Virus genome (UHGV): UHGV-0129084
From: a virus
Length of the DNA stretch: 53,693 nucleotides
Reading direction: 5' to 3' (one strand)
Shown: piece after piece, positions 1 through 9,499 of the stretch
Numbering within the stretch: the stretch's first letter is position 1
Layout: every line of letters starts with the position of its first letter
Position numbers and translations under genes: made by a program
Notes under the pieces: generated by a model
Databases searched by the model: none
What the model was told of the DNA's origin: nothing
Seen by the model: only the letters and a program-made list of their open reading frames with translations

Positions 1-107
1 AACCCCCCCCCGCCTTTCTCGTTCCATCCTGGAACTGTGTCTTACCGACACATTGTCATCCTGACGCTGATAAGATACATGATTTAAAATGATAGGTAAA
101 CACTTAC

Positions 108-701
108 TTACTGCTTGTTGTAAACAAAACCAATATCTTTCTTGTGAGGCATATCTGCTGCGGAAAAAGCTGCGATCTTCGCGAGTCGATCACATATTTC
201 ATTTTCACGATGCCCGGCGTGACCTTTAACCCACTTCCAGCGAACATTATGTCGACTTGCAGCCTCATCCAGACGCTTCCACAGATCAACATTCTTTACC
301 GGTTTTTTGTCAGAAGTCACCCATCCATTGCGTTTCCACCATTTCATCCACTGTGTCATGCCGTTTTTCAGATACTGGCTATCAGAGTGCAAAATAACGT
401 TGCATGGATATTTCAAACGCTCCAGCCCGATAAGTGCCCCCATCATCTCCATGCGGTTATTGGTGGTGCTATGAAAACCATCTGAGAACTCGCGTTCCTC
501 ACCACGATACTGGAGAACGATACCGTAACCGCCCGGGCCACCCGGATTTTTAAGGCAAGAGCCATCACTAAAGATTTTCACGGTTTTAAGCTGGGGATTG
601 AACTCTACGACAGGCGTTGTGGGATTGGTGCGGGGGGAATTTTTGTTTTTGGCTTTTTTGCGAGTTTTTGCTTGCGATCGGGCTGGTGTCTTCGTCGTCA
701 T
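108..701 (-). CDS. Ribonuclease HI (RNase H) with basic N-terminal extension
   Basis: ORF 108..755; motifs [26 protein letters not shown] typical of RNase HI; start placed at in-frame ATG 701 preceded by AGGAG on the minus strand (706-710). Confidence 0.8.
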   Translation of the reverse strand: MTTKTPARSQAKTRKKAKNKNSPRTNPTTPVVEFNPQLKTVKIFSDGSCLKNPGGPGGYGIVLQYRGEEREFSDGFHSTTNNRMEMMGALIGLERLKYPCNVILHSDSQYLKNGMTQWMKWWKRNGWVTSDKKPVKNVDLWKRLDEAASRHNVRWKWVKGHAGHRENEICDRLAKIAAFSAADMPHKKDIGFVYNKQ

Positions 702-1286
702 ATAAACTCCTGAATCAAGCGCCGCGCCGATTTTTTTCCTCGCGCGTGCGCACACGCGTGCGTGTTAATAATTATTAAAATAAACAAATTACTTCCCAGA
801 ACAGGTTTTAATAAAACCTGAACTGAACGAACGAAGTGAGTGAAGTTCACCTCGAACGAAGTGAGAGGTTGTCTTTTCAGGTAATACTCTCCCAGGGAGG
901 TGAGTACAAAATTTCCTCACCAACCTGGTCGTTTCATAACCTGAAAAGTTATGACCTAAGTCTACTGTCAGCTTAGGCTTGGGAAGTTATGGATGACAGC
1001 ACCCCAGAACCGAGATCTTCCCACACTTTATGAAGGGGAGTACTGGATTCAACCTCTCGAAACACCCCAGACTCGACAATCATAAAGTGACCCTTGTCTC
1101 CGCTCACTTTGGTTCCCCCTTCCCCGACACCTAAACGGCACCGGTTCTACGCTGGTAGTGAGCTTTTTTAAACCTGACGCCAGTGACGCTTACCCCCACC
1201 CATCAGGTCGAGTCTCCAGTCTACGACTGGAAACTATCAGATCTTAGCACTTACAATTCACTTTATGAATAGTTTGTACTTATCTA

Positions 1287-1541
1287 TCATTTCGATTGAT
1301 TATTTTCTCGACCATGTAGTTGAACATTCAAGGCAAACACCTCGTTAATCAACTCACCTAAAAGCTGTTCAACAAGTTCGCGATGCTCCCCAAGATGCAA
1401 GCACTTAATTGCCCATTCGTACAAGTTGAAAGCCTGCTCGCGATCTTTCATCATTTCACGGGCCTGGGCCAGAAAATCGCTCTCTACGAGCGCAACGACA
1501 TTAGTCGGGTATGACATGTTGGTTTCCTTAAAGTGGTTCAT
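1287..1541 (-). CDS. Hypothetical protein (84 aa)
   Basis: Intact ORF in the same orientation as neighbours; no recognisable motif. Confidence 0.35.
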   Translation of the reverse strand: MNHFKETNMSYPTNVVALVESDFLAQAREMMKDREQAFNLYEWAIKCLHLGEHRELVEQLLGELINEVFALNVQLHGRENNQSK

Positions 1542-1623
1542 AAAATCGATTTTAAAGCGTCTGGGAAGGGGTTCTAGTGGATTCTGTAGTGATGTTCAGG
1601 TCTGGAGTCTCTGATACAAAGCT

Positions 1624-1680
1624 GCCTGCTTCCGTATATTAATAATTAATATGTAGTTATTTATATATACAGAAGCAGGC
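1624..1680. repeat. Inverted-repeat element (16-bp arms, 25-bp AT-rich spacer), copy 1
   Basis: GCCTGCTTCCGTATAT ... ATATACAGAAGCAGGC. Confidence 0.6.
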
Positions 1681-1702
1681 TAATTACAGACGCCAGAACA
1701 AA

Positions 1703-2296
1703 CTAAGCAGCCTTCTTTGATGGTCTTTTTTTCCTGATCACATTCGCAGGATCATACCCTCCCAGACTTTTCATGACGTCCAAAGGGATCTTGCTTATAG
1801 AGTGCCCAGCGTCCTGACAGAATCCTCGAAAAACAACGAGCATACTGCCACCTGGGTTGATGTTTACTTCTACCTGACCCAGATTTACGTCAGGCTCGAC
1901 AAACGCTACGCGGCCACCAGACAGAATAATCGTCTCATTCGCACACTCTGTTGCACGCTCATACCACTTTGTATCTAGGGATTGAGGAATTAGCATCACT
2001 GTTGTAACTCCGCGAGCCTGCTCACGTATAGCCGCATCAATCCAGGGGTAGATTTTGGAGTAGGGTGGATTGAGGAAGGCAATTGTACCTGGCTGTCCCC
2101 ATTCAGATTTCAAAGCATCACGCTCAACGCCTATGAAATTAGGCAGCTTTGCATTGTCCTTGTTGCAGGCAACGTCAACATCAAATGTCACTCCAAGATA
2201 ACGTTGAATGGCAGAAAACAGCCAGTCAGGTGTTCTCCAGAGGTCACGAAGAGAGTTGTCGCGCTTTCGCTGTTTGATTTTTTCGGCTGCAATCAT
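1703..2296 (-). CDS. DNA N6-adenine methyltransferase (phage Dam-like)
   Basis: 197 aa; catalytic NPPY motif (FLNPPYS) of amino-MTases; small size typical of phage orphan Dam enzymes. Confidence 0.7.
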   Translation of the reverse strand: MIAAEKIKQRKRDNSLRDLWRTPDWLFSAIQRYLGVTFDVDVACNKDNAKLPNFIGVERDALKSEWGQPGTIAFLNPPYSKIYPWIDAAIREQARGVTTVMLIPQSLDTKWYERATECANETIILSGGRVAFVEPDVNLGQVEVNINPGGSMLVVFRGFCQDAGHSISKIPLDVMKSLGGYDPANVIRKKRPSKKAA

Positions 2297-2479
2297 CTTC
2301 TTTCTCTATAGGTAAGTATATACCTATTTTTGCATTTGATTTTATGTCTGGCAATCAAATAAAACGCGCCAGAAATGCAAACGAGAAGCTCTCTGGCGCG
2401 TTTTTGTGGTGCTGGGTATGTGATTGGCTTACCCAGTACTATAAAGCTCTCTATGGGCTTTATTTTAAGTAGGGGAACG

Positions 2480-3289
2480 TCATCCAATAGTGTACTCCGC
2501 GACAAACTTCTTAACGATCGGTGATTCTTCGTTCAATGTTAGATTTCCACCGTCTCTAACGGCAATTCCTGTCGCTGGAAATACAGCCATCATTTGCCCA
2601 GCCTGAGTTGACGCAGTATTAAGCGGATACGGTTTTTCTGGATTGCTCATTAAAGCAATCTTAATACTATTACTTGTAGCCTTCTTTTCTGTGAGAAGGT
2701 GTCTCATGGAAATTATCGTGTAAACACTAATATCTGGACCTCCGCTAAACCAATTAAGAAGGTTTAATATCTTATCCTTTGCTTTGACAGGCGCGTTATC
2801 GTAAGCGTCTAAGAAAATATCTTTTTCTAAGCCCGCTTTATTGAAAAACGAATCATCTTTATCACTTAAAGTAAAACGAGGACCTCTTGCAGTACGAGCT
2901 TTTTTATTTGTATTGCTATCATTTGACTGTTGAACTTTTAATTCATCATTAACCTCAACACACTCTTCAACCTCAATAAATCCCAATTGTTCTGGCTCGT
3001 TTTCGACAGCTTCAACACTTTCAGCGTTAATTACGTTTATAGGCTCATGCGCTAACTCCAACTCATTTAAAGCAGAGCTGAAATCACCTGCTTTTTCTTC
3101 ATTGAACAGTTCTTCGGCAACATCATCAGAACTCATGGCTACGCCAGCATCTAGGCCGAGCAGCAGATCGTCAATATCATCAGTATTTTCAACCTGTGCA
3201 GCTTTTTTTACTGGTTCATCAAGTGATTGCAACATGGCTGTCAGCTCGTCCAGATCAGCATTTGTCATTATATTTTCAACCGAACTCAT
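2480..3289 (-). CDS. Hypothetical protein with strongly acidic N-terminal half
   Basis: 269 aa; first ~130 residues very rich in D/E (e.g. NTDDIDDLLLGLDAG, VEAVENEPEQLGFIEVEECVEVNDE), C-terminal half neutral. Confidence 0.45.
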   Translation of the reverse strand: MSSVENIMTNADLDELTAMLQSLDEPVKKAAQVENTDDIDDLLLGLDAGVAMSSDDVAEELFNEEKAGDFSSALNELELAHEPINVINAESVEAVENEPEQLGFIEVEECVEVNDELKVQQSNDSNTNKKARTARGPRFTLSDKDDSFFNKAGLEKDIFLDAYDNAPVKAKDKILNLLNWFSGGPDISVYTIISMRHLLTEKKATSNSIKIALMSNPEKPYPLNTASTQAGQMMAVFPATGIAVRDGGNLTLNEESPIVKKFVAEYTIG

Positions 3290-3410
3290 GTAAGTCTCCT
3301 TCTGTTTGGTTACATTTGCGTTTCGATGGCTGCATTTTGACTAAACCTATCAGGCGGAAAAGTATTAAATACAGGCAGGAAATGATTGAAAGGCGACTGT
3401 TCTTTAAAAA

Positions 3411-3445
3411 AAAAGCCTACTTTAAACTTTTTAAAGTAGGCTTTT
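3411..3445. terminator. Bidirectional rho-independent terminator
   Basis: 16-bp stem AAAAGCCTACTTTAAA / TTTAAAGTAGGCTTTT with 3-nt loop, A-run upstream and T-run downstream. Confidence 0.65.
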
Positions 3446-3448
3446 GTT

Positions 3449-4006
3449 TTACACAATTTCAGAGGGCAATTTAAAAAATCCGTACTTATTACGTGCCTTA
3501 AAGAAGCATTGCATCATTAAGTTTGTGTCATATAAGGCACTATGTGCTTTGGCATGATCGTATATAAAGCCAAGAGAGAAGGCCAACTCTTCAAGGCGGG
3601 GACGTTTACCGTCTTCTGTGGCCCACAATCCCGATAACATAGTATCTATAACAGGAACTTCTGGCAGTCTTACTCCATACCCTGAAAACTCGTGTCGAAT
3701 AAATGGTATATCAAATGCTTCGCCGTTATGAGCAACCCACACACTACATGCCCCCATATAAGCGCCAATTTCGCTGGCATGATTTGACAACAAAGGTTCA
3801 GCTGCGAGCTGTTCCAATGAAATGCCATGAACGGCTTGAGCTTTCGGATCTATGTTTCTGCGAGGGTTAAAACGCATCTCCAGACTATCAATATGTCTCT
3901 GTGTCTCCAGTTCATAGCGGGTAATTGCGATTTCAATAATTTTATGACCAGCAAGGAAATCCAGTCCCGTAGACTCGATATCGATGCCTGCAACAATCGT
4001 TGTCAT
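3449..4006 (-). CDS. DnaQ-like 3'-5' exonuclease (DEDDh family), candidate proofreading subunit
   Basis: Exo I GIDIESTGL, Exo II HNGEAFDIPF, Exo III HSALYDT motifs in correct order; 185 aa. Confidence 0.75.
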   Translation of the reverse strand: MTTIVAGIDIESTGLDFLAGHKIIEIAITRYELETQRHIDSLEMRFNPRRNIDPKAQAVHGISLEQLAAEPLLSNHASEIGAYMGACSVWVAHNGEAFDIPFIRHEFSGYGVRLPEVPVIDTMLSGLWATEDGKRPRLEELAFSLGFIYDHAKAHSALYDTNLMMQCFFKARNKYGFFKLPSEIV

Positions 4007-4015
4007 CAGAACTCC

Positions 4016-4435
4016 TTACAACTTCTTAGCGCCCTTAAGTAGTGCGCTACGTACAAATTGAGCCGCTTTTTTCAAAGTTTCTTCACTGGTTTCACAGACA
4101 ATCGGATCTTTCCACTTACCTGACACAGTGTTGAGAATATTGATTTGGTTGCTATCCAGACAAACAGAGATATAAAGCACCGTGCCACCAGCCAGCATCA
4201 AATGCATAGGAAACAGAGGCTTTTTACTGCCTTCACTGAACTGAGACATGGCGATGTTAATGGCTTCACCCACTTGTGTACCAACAAGCCCCTGCGCAGT
4301 TTCGAATATGGCACGAATAGCCAGACGAGCCTCTCGATCGCTCATAAGCGACCGGGAATGTTCGTCCGCTACACGAATCAAAGCCTCTGTTGTTTTCCGA
4401 TCCAGTTCATCTTCAAGCAACATTTCACTAAACAT
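4016..4435 (-). CDS. Hypothetical protein (139 aa)
   Basis: Intact ORF between exonuclease and kinase genes; no recognised motif. Confidence 0.4.
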   Translation of the reverse strand: MFSEMLLEDELDRKTTEALIRVADEHSRSLMSDREARLAIRAIFETAQGLVGTQVGEAINIAMSQFSEGSKKPLFPMHLMLAGGTVLYISVCLDSNQINILNTVSGKWKDPIVCETSEETLKKAAQFVRSALLKGAKKL

Positions 4436-4496
4436 TTTTTATCCTTAACCCATTTTGAGAGTTTTATTGTCGCAATGTCGAAGAGGCGAACAATTT

Positions 4497-5141
4497 CTAA
4501 TGAACGGTCACTCGGCCACAGAACCGGTTTTCTATCTTTTCTACAGCGTTATCTAGCATTCTCATCACTGATCTGGCTCTTGCTTCAACCGTGCGATATC
4601 GGTTGGAAACGACGAAGGTTTGCAGATCTCCCCTTTGCGGATGCAGGTGAATTTTTGTCAGTTCCCCGCACATCAACGCATCAATACGAGCGACATACAG
4701 ACGGTCTAATGATGCTCGTTGTGATCGCAAGTAATCTCGCTCTGAGAGAGCGACTCCCGGGCGTAAGCCAGCAATGGCGTTAAAGTTTGAAATAGCAGTT
4801 TTGTGGCAAAACTTTTCGATATCGAGGGCTAACTCAATACACCGATCTTCATTTGTATGGCCGACCAAATCCAACGTGTAGGCCATAACATCAGCAGGTG
4901 TGCGATCGATAACAAAGCCTTCAACACCACGCGTAAGTAGCTCTATATGCTTTGCTATTTCCATTTGAATCTGAAGCCGCTCATATAGAGGCATAGAATC
5001 ACCTACTCGAACACCGAGGCGGCTCATCAAACTTCCGACACCAGCATCCACGTAAGGGATTCCGTAATGTTTGTCGATATATTTAGCCAGGGTTGTTTTC
5101 CCACTGCCCTGAGCACCAGTGATCCCAATCCGGTAATCCAT
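4497..5141 (-). CDS. P-loop nucleotide kinase-like protein (possible dNMP kinase)
   Basis: N-terminal Walker A GITGAQGSGKTTLA; 214 aa; start overlaps DHFR stop (ATGA at 5141). Confidence 0.5.
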   Translation of the reverse strand: MDYRIGITGAQGSGKTTLAKYIDKHYGIPYVDAGVGSLMSRLGVRVGDSMPLYERLQIQMEIAKHIELLTRGVEGFVIDRTPADVMAYTLDLVGHTNEDRCIELALDIEKFCHKTAISNFNAIAGLRPGVALSERDYLRSQRASLDRLYVARIDALMCGELTKIHLHPQRGDLQTFVVSNRYRTVEARARSVMRMLDNAVEKIENRFCGRVTVH

Positions 5142-5617
5142 TACGACCTTCTGTATACGATCTGCGAAAAGCCAGGCTCTTCCTCGCTGGCTCGTTGGGT
5201 ATAAGCTGTTTCAACAGGCACAAAGCCTAAATTACGCATCATGCTTGCAGGGAAGAATGCATCGGCGTTTGGCACATCAACGCCGATGTGGGAGAGCCAA
5301 ATCTCTTCAACATGCGGCATGAATAGCGAGTAAATTTGTTCCCCGCCAATCACCCACACAGGCTCTGGTAATCGCAACACATCATCCACACCAGCAGGGT
5401 AGAATCCATTTGGTACAAAGCCATGAGAGCGCGTCAAAACGAGGTTATGACGCTCTGGAAGAGGGCGTTTGAGACTTTCCATCGTTTTACGCCCCATAAC
5501 GACAGTGGCGTTTTTGGTGAGTCTCTTAAATAGCTTCAGATCGGTAGAACAACGCCAGGGTAGTTCATTCGCTATGCCGATCTCATAGTTACGGCCAACA
5601 GCAGCTATCATCTTCAT
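5141..5617 (-). CDS. folA: Dihydrofolate reductase
   Basis: 158 aa; MIAAVGRNYEIG...LPW...VVMGRKT pattern diagnostic of DHFR. Confidence 0.85.
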   Translation of the reverse strand: MKMIAAVGRNYEIGIANELPWRCSTDLKLFKRLTKNATVVMGRKTMESLKRPLPERHNLVLTRSHGFVPNGFYPAGVDDVLRLPEPVWVIGGEQIYSLFMPHVEEIWLSHIGVDVPNADAFFPASMMRNLGFVPVETAYTQRASEEEPGFSQIVYRRS

Positions 5618-6027
5618 TTGCTCACCTCATAGATGACCGGTCGATGGTGAGAGTCAGCTAAAGCGGCACGGAGTCGAGGATCGTGCACCAGCGCAGCGAT
5701 AAGCAGATCGCCTTTATGCTCCGCTAATGTGCGCTTAATATGCTTCTCATAACTGGTGCCATTCGGTACTAGATGAAGCCAGTCATAATCAACACCAAAA
5801 TCTTTCAGCCATCGTTTAGTGGGCGCTTCAAGAGTTTCAGAGCGGCTACTGATAAGCACCACTTCAGCCCCTGAGCGAGCAAAACCACGCAACATACGGC
5901 TGGTGGGGAAAATGAGTTCATCACCGGCAATGAATTGGCCTGCATCCGAGTCAGATACAGATTTACGATGGCTGGTATTTGCCAGCACACCTTCAATTTC
6001 GCATAAGACATACATACCTCTTGCCAT
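5614..6027 (-). CDS. Hypothetical protein, possibly HAD-like phosphatase/nucleotidase
   Basis: ORF 5614..6123 overlaps thyA; start moved to in-frame ATG at 6027 (MARGMYVLCEIEGVL), 1 nt after the thyA stop; LCEIEGVL loosely resembles HAD motif I with D->E. Confidence 0.3.
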   Translation of the reverse strand: MARGMYVLCEIEGVLANTSHRKSVSDSDAGQFIAGDELIFPTSRMLRGFARSGAEVVLISSRSETLEAPTKRWLKDFGVDYDWLHLVPNGTSYEKHIKRTLAEHKGDLLIAALVHDPRLRAALADSHHRPVIYEVSK

Positions 6028-6028
6028 A

Positions 6029-7159
6029 TCACACCGCCACTGGAACCTTGATCCACGGTAGAGGGGCATAGCCAAGAATAAGAATCTCGTCCCATTTGAA
6101 ATCATCCAGCTCAGACCATTCATTAGGGAATATAACGACCGGATCTGAATGCTCTGGAGCCTGTCGTTGCATTAGCTCACACACACCTTCCATGTGGTTG
6201 TTGTACAAATGCACGTCAAAGCCAAAATGCACAAATGCACCGGCCATGTGACCCGTAATCTTCGCGAGAAAATGAGTGAGAATGCCATAGCCAGCAATAT
6301 TGAATGGCATACCAACAAAAGTGTCTACGCTACGCTGTACGAGGCAGGAGTTGAGGATGCGTTTGGGGATTCCAAGTGCATCCAGTTCAGTTTCAGTAAC
6401 ACTGCCGTCCATCTCCAGATCGTATAGCATCTTGGTGTAGATAGACTCATAACCGAGGCGACTGTGTTGAAGACCAATGTCAGTTGCCATCGTTAAACGG
6501 GTTTCAAAATCCAGTTCACGACTCCACAAAGAGAAGACAAAGTGGCAAGGTGGCAGTTTCATATCCTCAAGCTCGCCTACGTTCCATGCGTTAAGCATGA
6601 TGCGACGATCGGTAGGGTTCGTGCGCAGTGTATCGACAATACGCTGTAGCTGATCGATTTCACGGGACAGCACTACGCGATCTTCACTGATACCCAGGTA
6701 TCCCTCGACTTTGTACCCGCGTTCACGGAAAGTAGCGATCTTGCTCAGATATTCACTATGGCTCACGATGCGGGTATCTTCCCATCGACGCCACTGCTTA
6801 CCGTAAACCGGCCCCAAATCGCCATTCTCATCGGCCCATGCATCCCAAATCTTAACGCCGTTATCCTTGAGAAATTGGATGTTGCCCGTGCCTTTCAGAT
6901 ACCACTCAAGTTCGACAAGCAGTGGCTTAAGATTTACCGCCTTTCCAGAAATAAGCGGCACAGTCCCACCAGTAAGCATGTAGTAAGAGGGAACGTAGCA
7001 GGTGCTTAAAGTACCAGTGCCTGTGCGATCATCAGCCTGCACGCCGCTTTTAAGCACCGTCTCAATAACTTTTGCATACGATGCGTTTGTTACCTGACCG
7101 TTCGTATGCTCACGATTCAAAAGGAGTGACACAAAAACCTCACAAAGATAAGTAACCAC
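6029..7159 (-). CDS. thyA: Thymidylate synthase (ThyA) with two internal insertions
   Basis: DRTGTGT, LLVELEWYLKG, GDLGPVYGKQWRRW, catalytic LPPCH; 376 aa, longer than typical ThyA. Start uncertain: ORF begins with GTG at 7159, alternative GTG at 7132. Confidence 0.85.
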   Translation of the reverse strand: MVTYLCEVFVSLLLNREHTNGQVTNASYAKVIETVLKSGVQADDRTGTGTLSTCYVPSYYMLTGGTVPLISGKAVNLKPLLVELEWYLKGTGNIQFLKDNGVKIWDAWADENGDLGPVYGKQWRRWEDTRIVSHSEYLSKIATFRERGYKVEGYLGISEDRVVLSREIDQLQRIVDTLRTNPTDRRIMLNAWNVGELEDMKLPPCHFVFSLWSRELDFETRLTMATDIGLQHSRLGYESIYTKMLYDLEMDGSVTETELDALGIPKRILNSCLVQRSVDTFVGMPFNIAGYGILTHFLAKITGHMAGAFVHFGFDVHLYNNHMEGVCELMQRQAPEHSDPVVIFPNEWSELDDFKWDEILILGYAPLPWIKVPVAV

Positions 7160-7216
7160 TTATTCATTGCGTGAGTTTACATTTATTGAGAGAACAAGAC
7201 CAGACAGATAAAAAAA

Positions 7217-7235
7217 TGGTGGCCATAGGCCACCA
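7217..7235 (-). terminator. Rho-independent terminator after the 7304..8173 gene
   Basis: TGGTGGCC-ATA-GGCCACCA hairpin with A7 tract on the plus strand (T-run on minus). Confidence 0.6.
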
Positions 7236-7303
7236 AAAACGAATAGTTGTTTCAGAAATTTAACGCGCCAGCGCAATATACACAGATAGATAACTACCTA
7301 CAA

Positions 7304-8173
7304 TTATTTTTTGATCATTCCGTACATTGCTGAGGCTTTAGCTTGCTCAACAAAGGAGGATAAATCGACATCACTATAGGTTGGAGACTTCAGAATCTTT
7401 CCATCGGAAATTCGAAAACCGATCATCTTATCGGTGCCATCAGCATGGCGAAATCCCAGGTCAGAAGAGTCGTATTTGCAGTTGGCCACAGCATGGCGAC
7501 GCTCTTCGGCATCTGCAGGCCATAATTTTGTCATGTTGGACCGATGAATTTCGCCAACCAGCTCGACGACATTGATACCGAGAAAATCAGCCAGTCGATA
7601 AGTCATCATGCACGCCACATAGATTTTGTTCATTACACGGCGCAGTTCCTGAATCAGCTCAGAATCCTTAACAGTCTTCTTCTCAAGTTTATCTGCCAGC
7701 TCTTCGAGCATACATGACGCCTCACGAGCTTCCTGAAATGGCATTGCCATATCATCGAAAACAGTGTTACCAGGCACAAAAATTGTCTGCATAAAGCGAT
7801 CAATGCTCTGTTCCTGCGTGTAATAAGTCATGCCGGTAGAAATACCACCTTTGATGGCGACCATCGTACCAACACCAACGTATAAAAAGTCGGCCATTGC
7901 ATCCAGCAGTTGCTCAATATCCCCATTCATTGCGGCTGGAATACCTTCCACTACAGCTTCTTCATGAATCAGGCTTGCACGGAGACGAAGCAGCTCTGGT
8001 GTCGGCATAACGCGTCTCGGATGCTGGAAGAGTTCATGAAACTGATCGACCATCTTGTAAATACTTTCAGTGGCTACACCATGGCCTTCATGCAACTCAT
8101 ATGGTTCTGGCTTAAATCCAATGAGTCGATCGGTGGCAAGTTTCAGGTGGTCAGTCAGTTTGGTAAAGTTCAT
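7304..8173 (-). CDS. Hypothetical protein, possible all-alpha NTP pyrophosphohydrolase (MazG-like)
   Basis: 289 aa; helical acidic patches (LIHEEAVVEG...GDIEQLLDAMADF) reminiscent of MazG/HisE-type NTP-PPases; weak. Confidence 0.35.
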   Translation of the reverse strand: MNFTKLTDHLKLATDRLIGFKPEPYELHEGHGVATESIYKMVDQFHELFQHPRRVMPTPELLRLRASLIHEEAVVEGIPAAMNGDIEQLLDAMADFLYVGVGTMVAIKGGISTGMTYYTQEQSIDRFMQTIFVPGNTVFDDMAMPFQEAREASCMLEELADKLEKKTVKDSELIQELRRVMNKIYVACMMTYRLADFLGINVVELVGEIHRSNMTKLWPADAEERRHAVANCKYDSSDLGFRHADGTDKMIGFRISDGKILKSPTYSDVDLSSFVEQAKASAMYGMIKK

Positions 8174-8250
8174 GCTAGTTTTGCTCCTTCTTAATTCTTG
8201 TGATCCATTGTGGCCCAGCGTTGCCAGGCCACATAATGCTTTGTATCGGT

Positions 8251-9393
8251 TTACAGGTCTGCAAACTGGCTTAGAGAAGCCTTATCCACGGTAGAATCGA
8301 TCTGACCTACCAGATATGTGCTTTGCTCTGCCTCTTGTGGCGCAATTTGCAGTGTGTCGGTTAACAACCACTTGTTCATCCAGACCAGCGGATCAGTGGT
8401 AACTTCTGGAAATAAAGCCTTCAGGCCAAGACGATTCATAGCCAGATTGGTGCGGTATTTTACATAGGTTTTGAGAATATCCGCGTTTAAACCAATCATC
8501 GAACCGTCTTTGAAGAGATAGTCTGCCCAGTTCATTTCTTGTTCGGCGACTGATTTCATGGTGTCGTAAATGACGTTTTCTTCATCAGCAGCAATCTCTT
8601 TCCACAATAAACCTTCGCGACCGGTACGCATGAAGCGGATCATGCGTTCAGTTCCTTCGCAATGCAGAGCTTCATCACGGGCAATAAAGCGCATAATTTT
8701 GGTGTTACCCTCAAGCAACTTCCGTTCACCAAAGGCAAACGTACATGCAAAACTTACGTAGAAACGGATCGCCTCAAGCGCATTAATGGACACCAACGTG
8801 CGGAAAAGCTGACGATGCAAAGGGTATGGCTCCCAGCCATATTCATTTACGTACAGACGCTCAAATTCCTTCTCACCTAACGACTGGCGCTCGCAGGTCA
8901 TCCCATAAAGCCTGTCATATTCAGCAGAGATACTGATCGCTCGGTTGATGATTTCTTCATCCGTAACAATACCGTCAAAAACAATGCTCGGATCGTCCAC
9001 CATGCCACGAATAATGTGGGTGTAGCTGCGGCTATGGATAGTCTCAGAGAAAGACCACGTTTCAACCCACGTTTCCAGTTCAGGAATAGAGATAAGCGGC
9101 AGCAGCGTTGCATTTGGACTACGTCCCTGAACTGAATCGAGTAACGTTTGATAACGGAGATTGCTCAGAAAAATGTGACGTTCGTGGTCCCGCAGCTTCG
9201 TGTTGAAGTCGATACGATCGCTCGAAATATCAACTTCTTCCGGCCGCCAGAAGAAAGACAATTGACGTTCAATCAACTTTTCAAAATCACGGTATTTTTG
9301 CTGATCGTAACGTGCCACGTTGACAGATTGTCCGAGGAACATAGGCTCTTTGGTTGCATCATTAGCACCCAAACGGAACGTTGAATATGACAT
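8251..9393 (-). CDS. nrdB: Ribonucleotide reductase class Ia beta subunit (NrdB)
   Basis: 380 aa; [16 protein letters not shown] closely matches the E. coli NrdB N-terminal region; start has conserved AAGGAAAAACACATG initiation region. Confidence 0.9.
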   Translation of the reverse strand: MSYSTFRLGANDATKEPMFLGQSVNVARYDQQKYRDFEKLIERQLSFFWRPEEVDISSDRIDFNTKLRDHERHIFLSNLRYQTLLDSVQGRSPNATLLPLISIPELETWVETWSFSETIHSRSYTHIIRGMVDDPSIVFDGIVTDEEIINRAISISAEYDRLYGMTCERQSLGEKEFERLYVNEYGWEPYPLHRQLFRTLVSINALEAIRFYVSFACTFAFGERKLLEGNTKIMRFIARDEALHCEGTERMIRFMRTGREGLLWKEIAADEENVIYDTMKSVAEQEMNWADYLFKDGSMIGLNADILKTYVKYRTNLAMNRLGLKALFPEVTTDPLVWMNKWLLTDTLQIAPQEAEQSTYLVGQIDSTVDKASLSQFADL

Positions 9394-9499
9394 GTGTTTT
9401 TCCTTTTTCTTTTTTGGTGCGTTTAAACAAGTTGTTATCTTATGTGTTTAAACAAGGCTTACAAATCAAAGAGAAGGTGGGGATATCCCCCACCATATG

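Noticed and set aside
144-485. Plus-strand ORF of 113 aa fully inside the RNase H gene; similar antisense ORFs listed throughout (e.g. 9783-10067, 26778-27293, 40657-41316)
   Set aside because: They overlap well-supported minus-strand genes with clear motifs, lack RBSs and have low-complexity translations; treated as antisense artefacts.
756-1286. tmRNA, RNase P RNA or 6S RNA identity for the ORF-free region
   Set aside because: No tRNA-like 3' end with T-loop and CCA, and no match by eye to the E. coli RNase P RNA or tmRNA sequences I recall; kept only as an unclassified candidate ncRNA.
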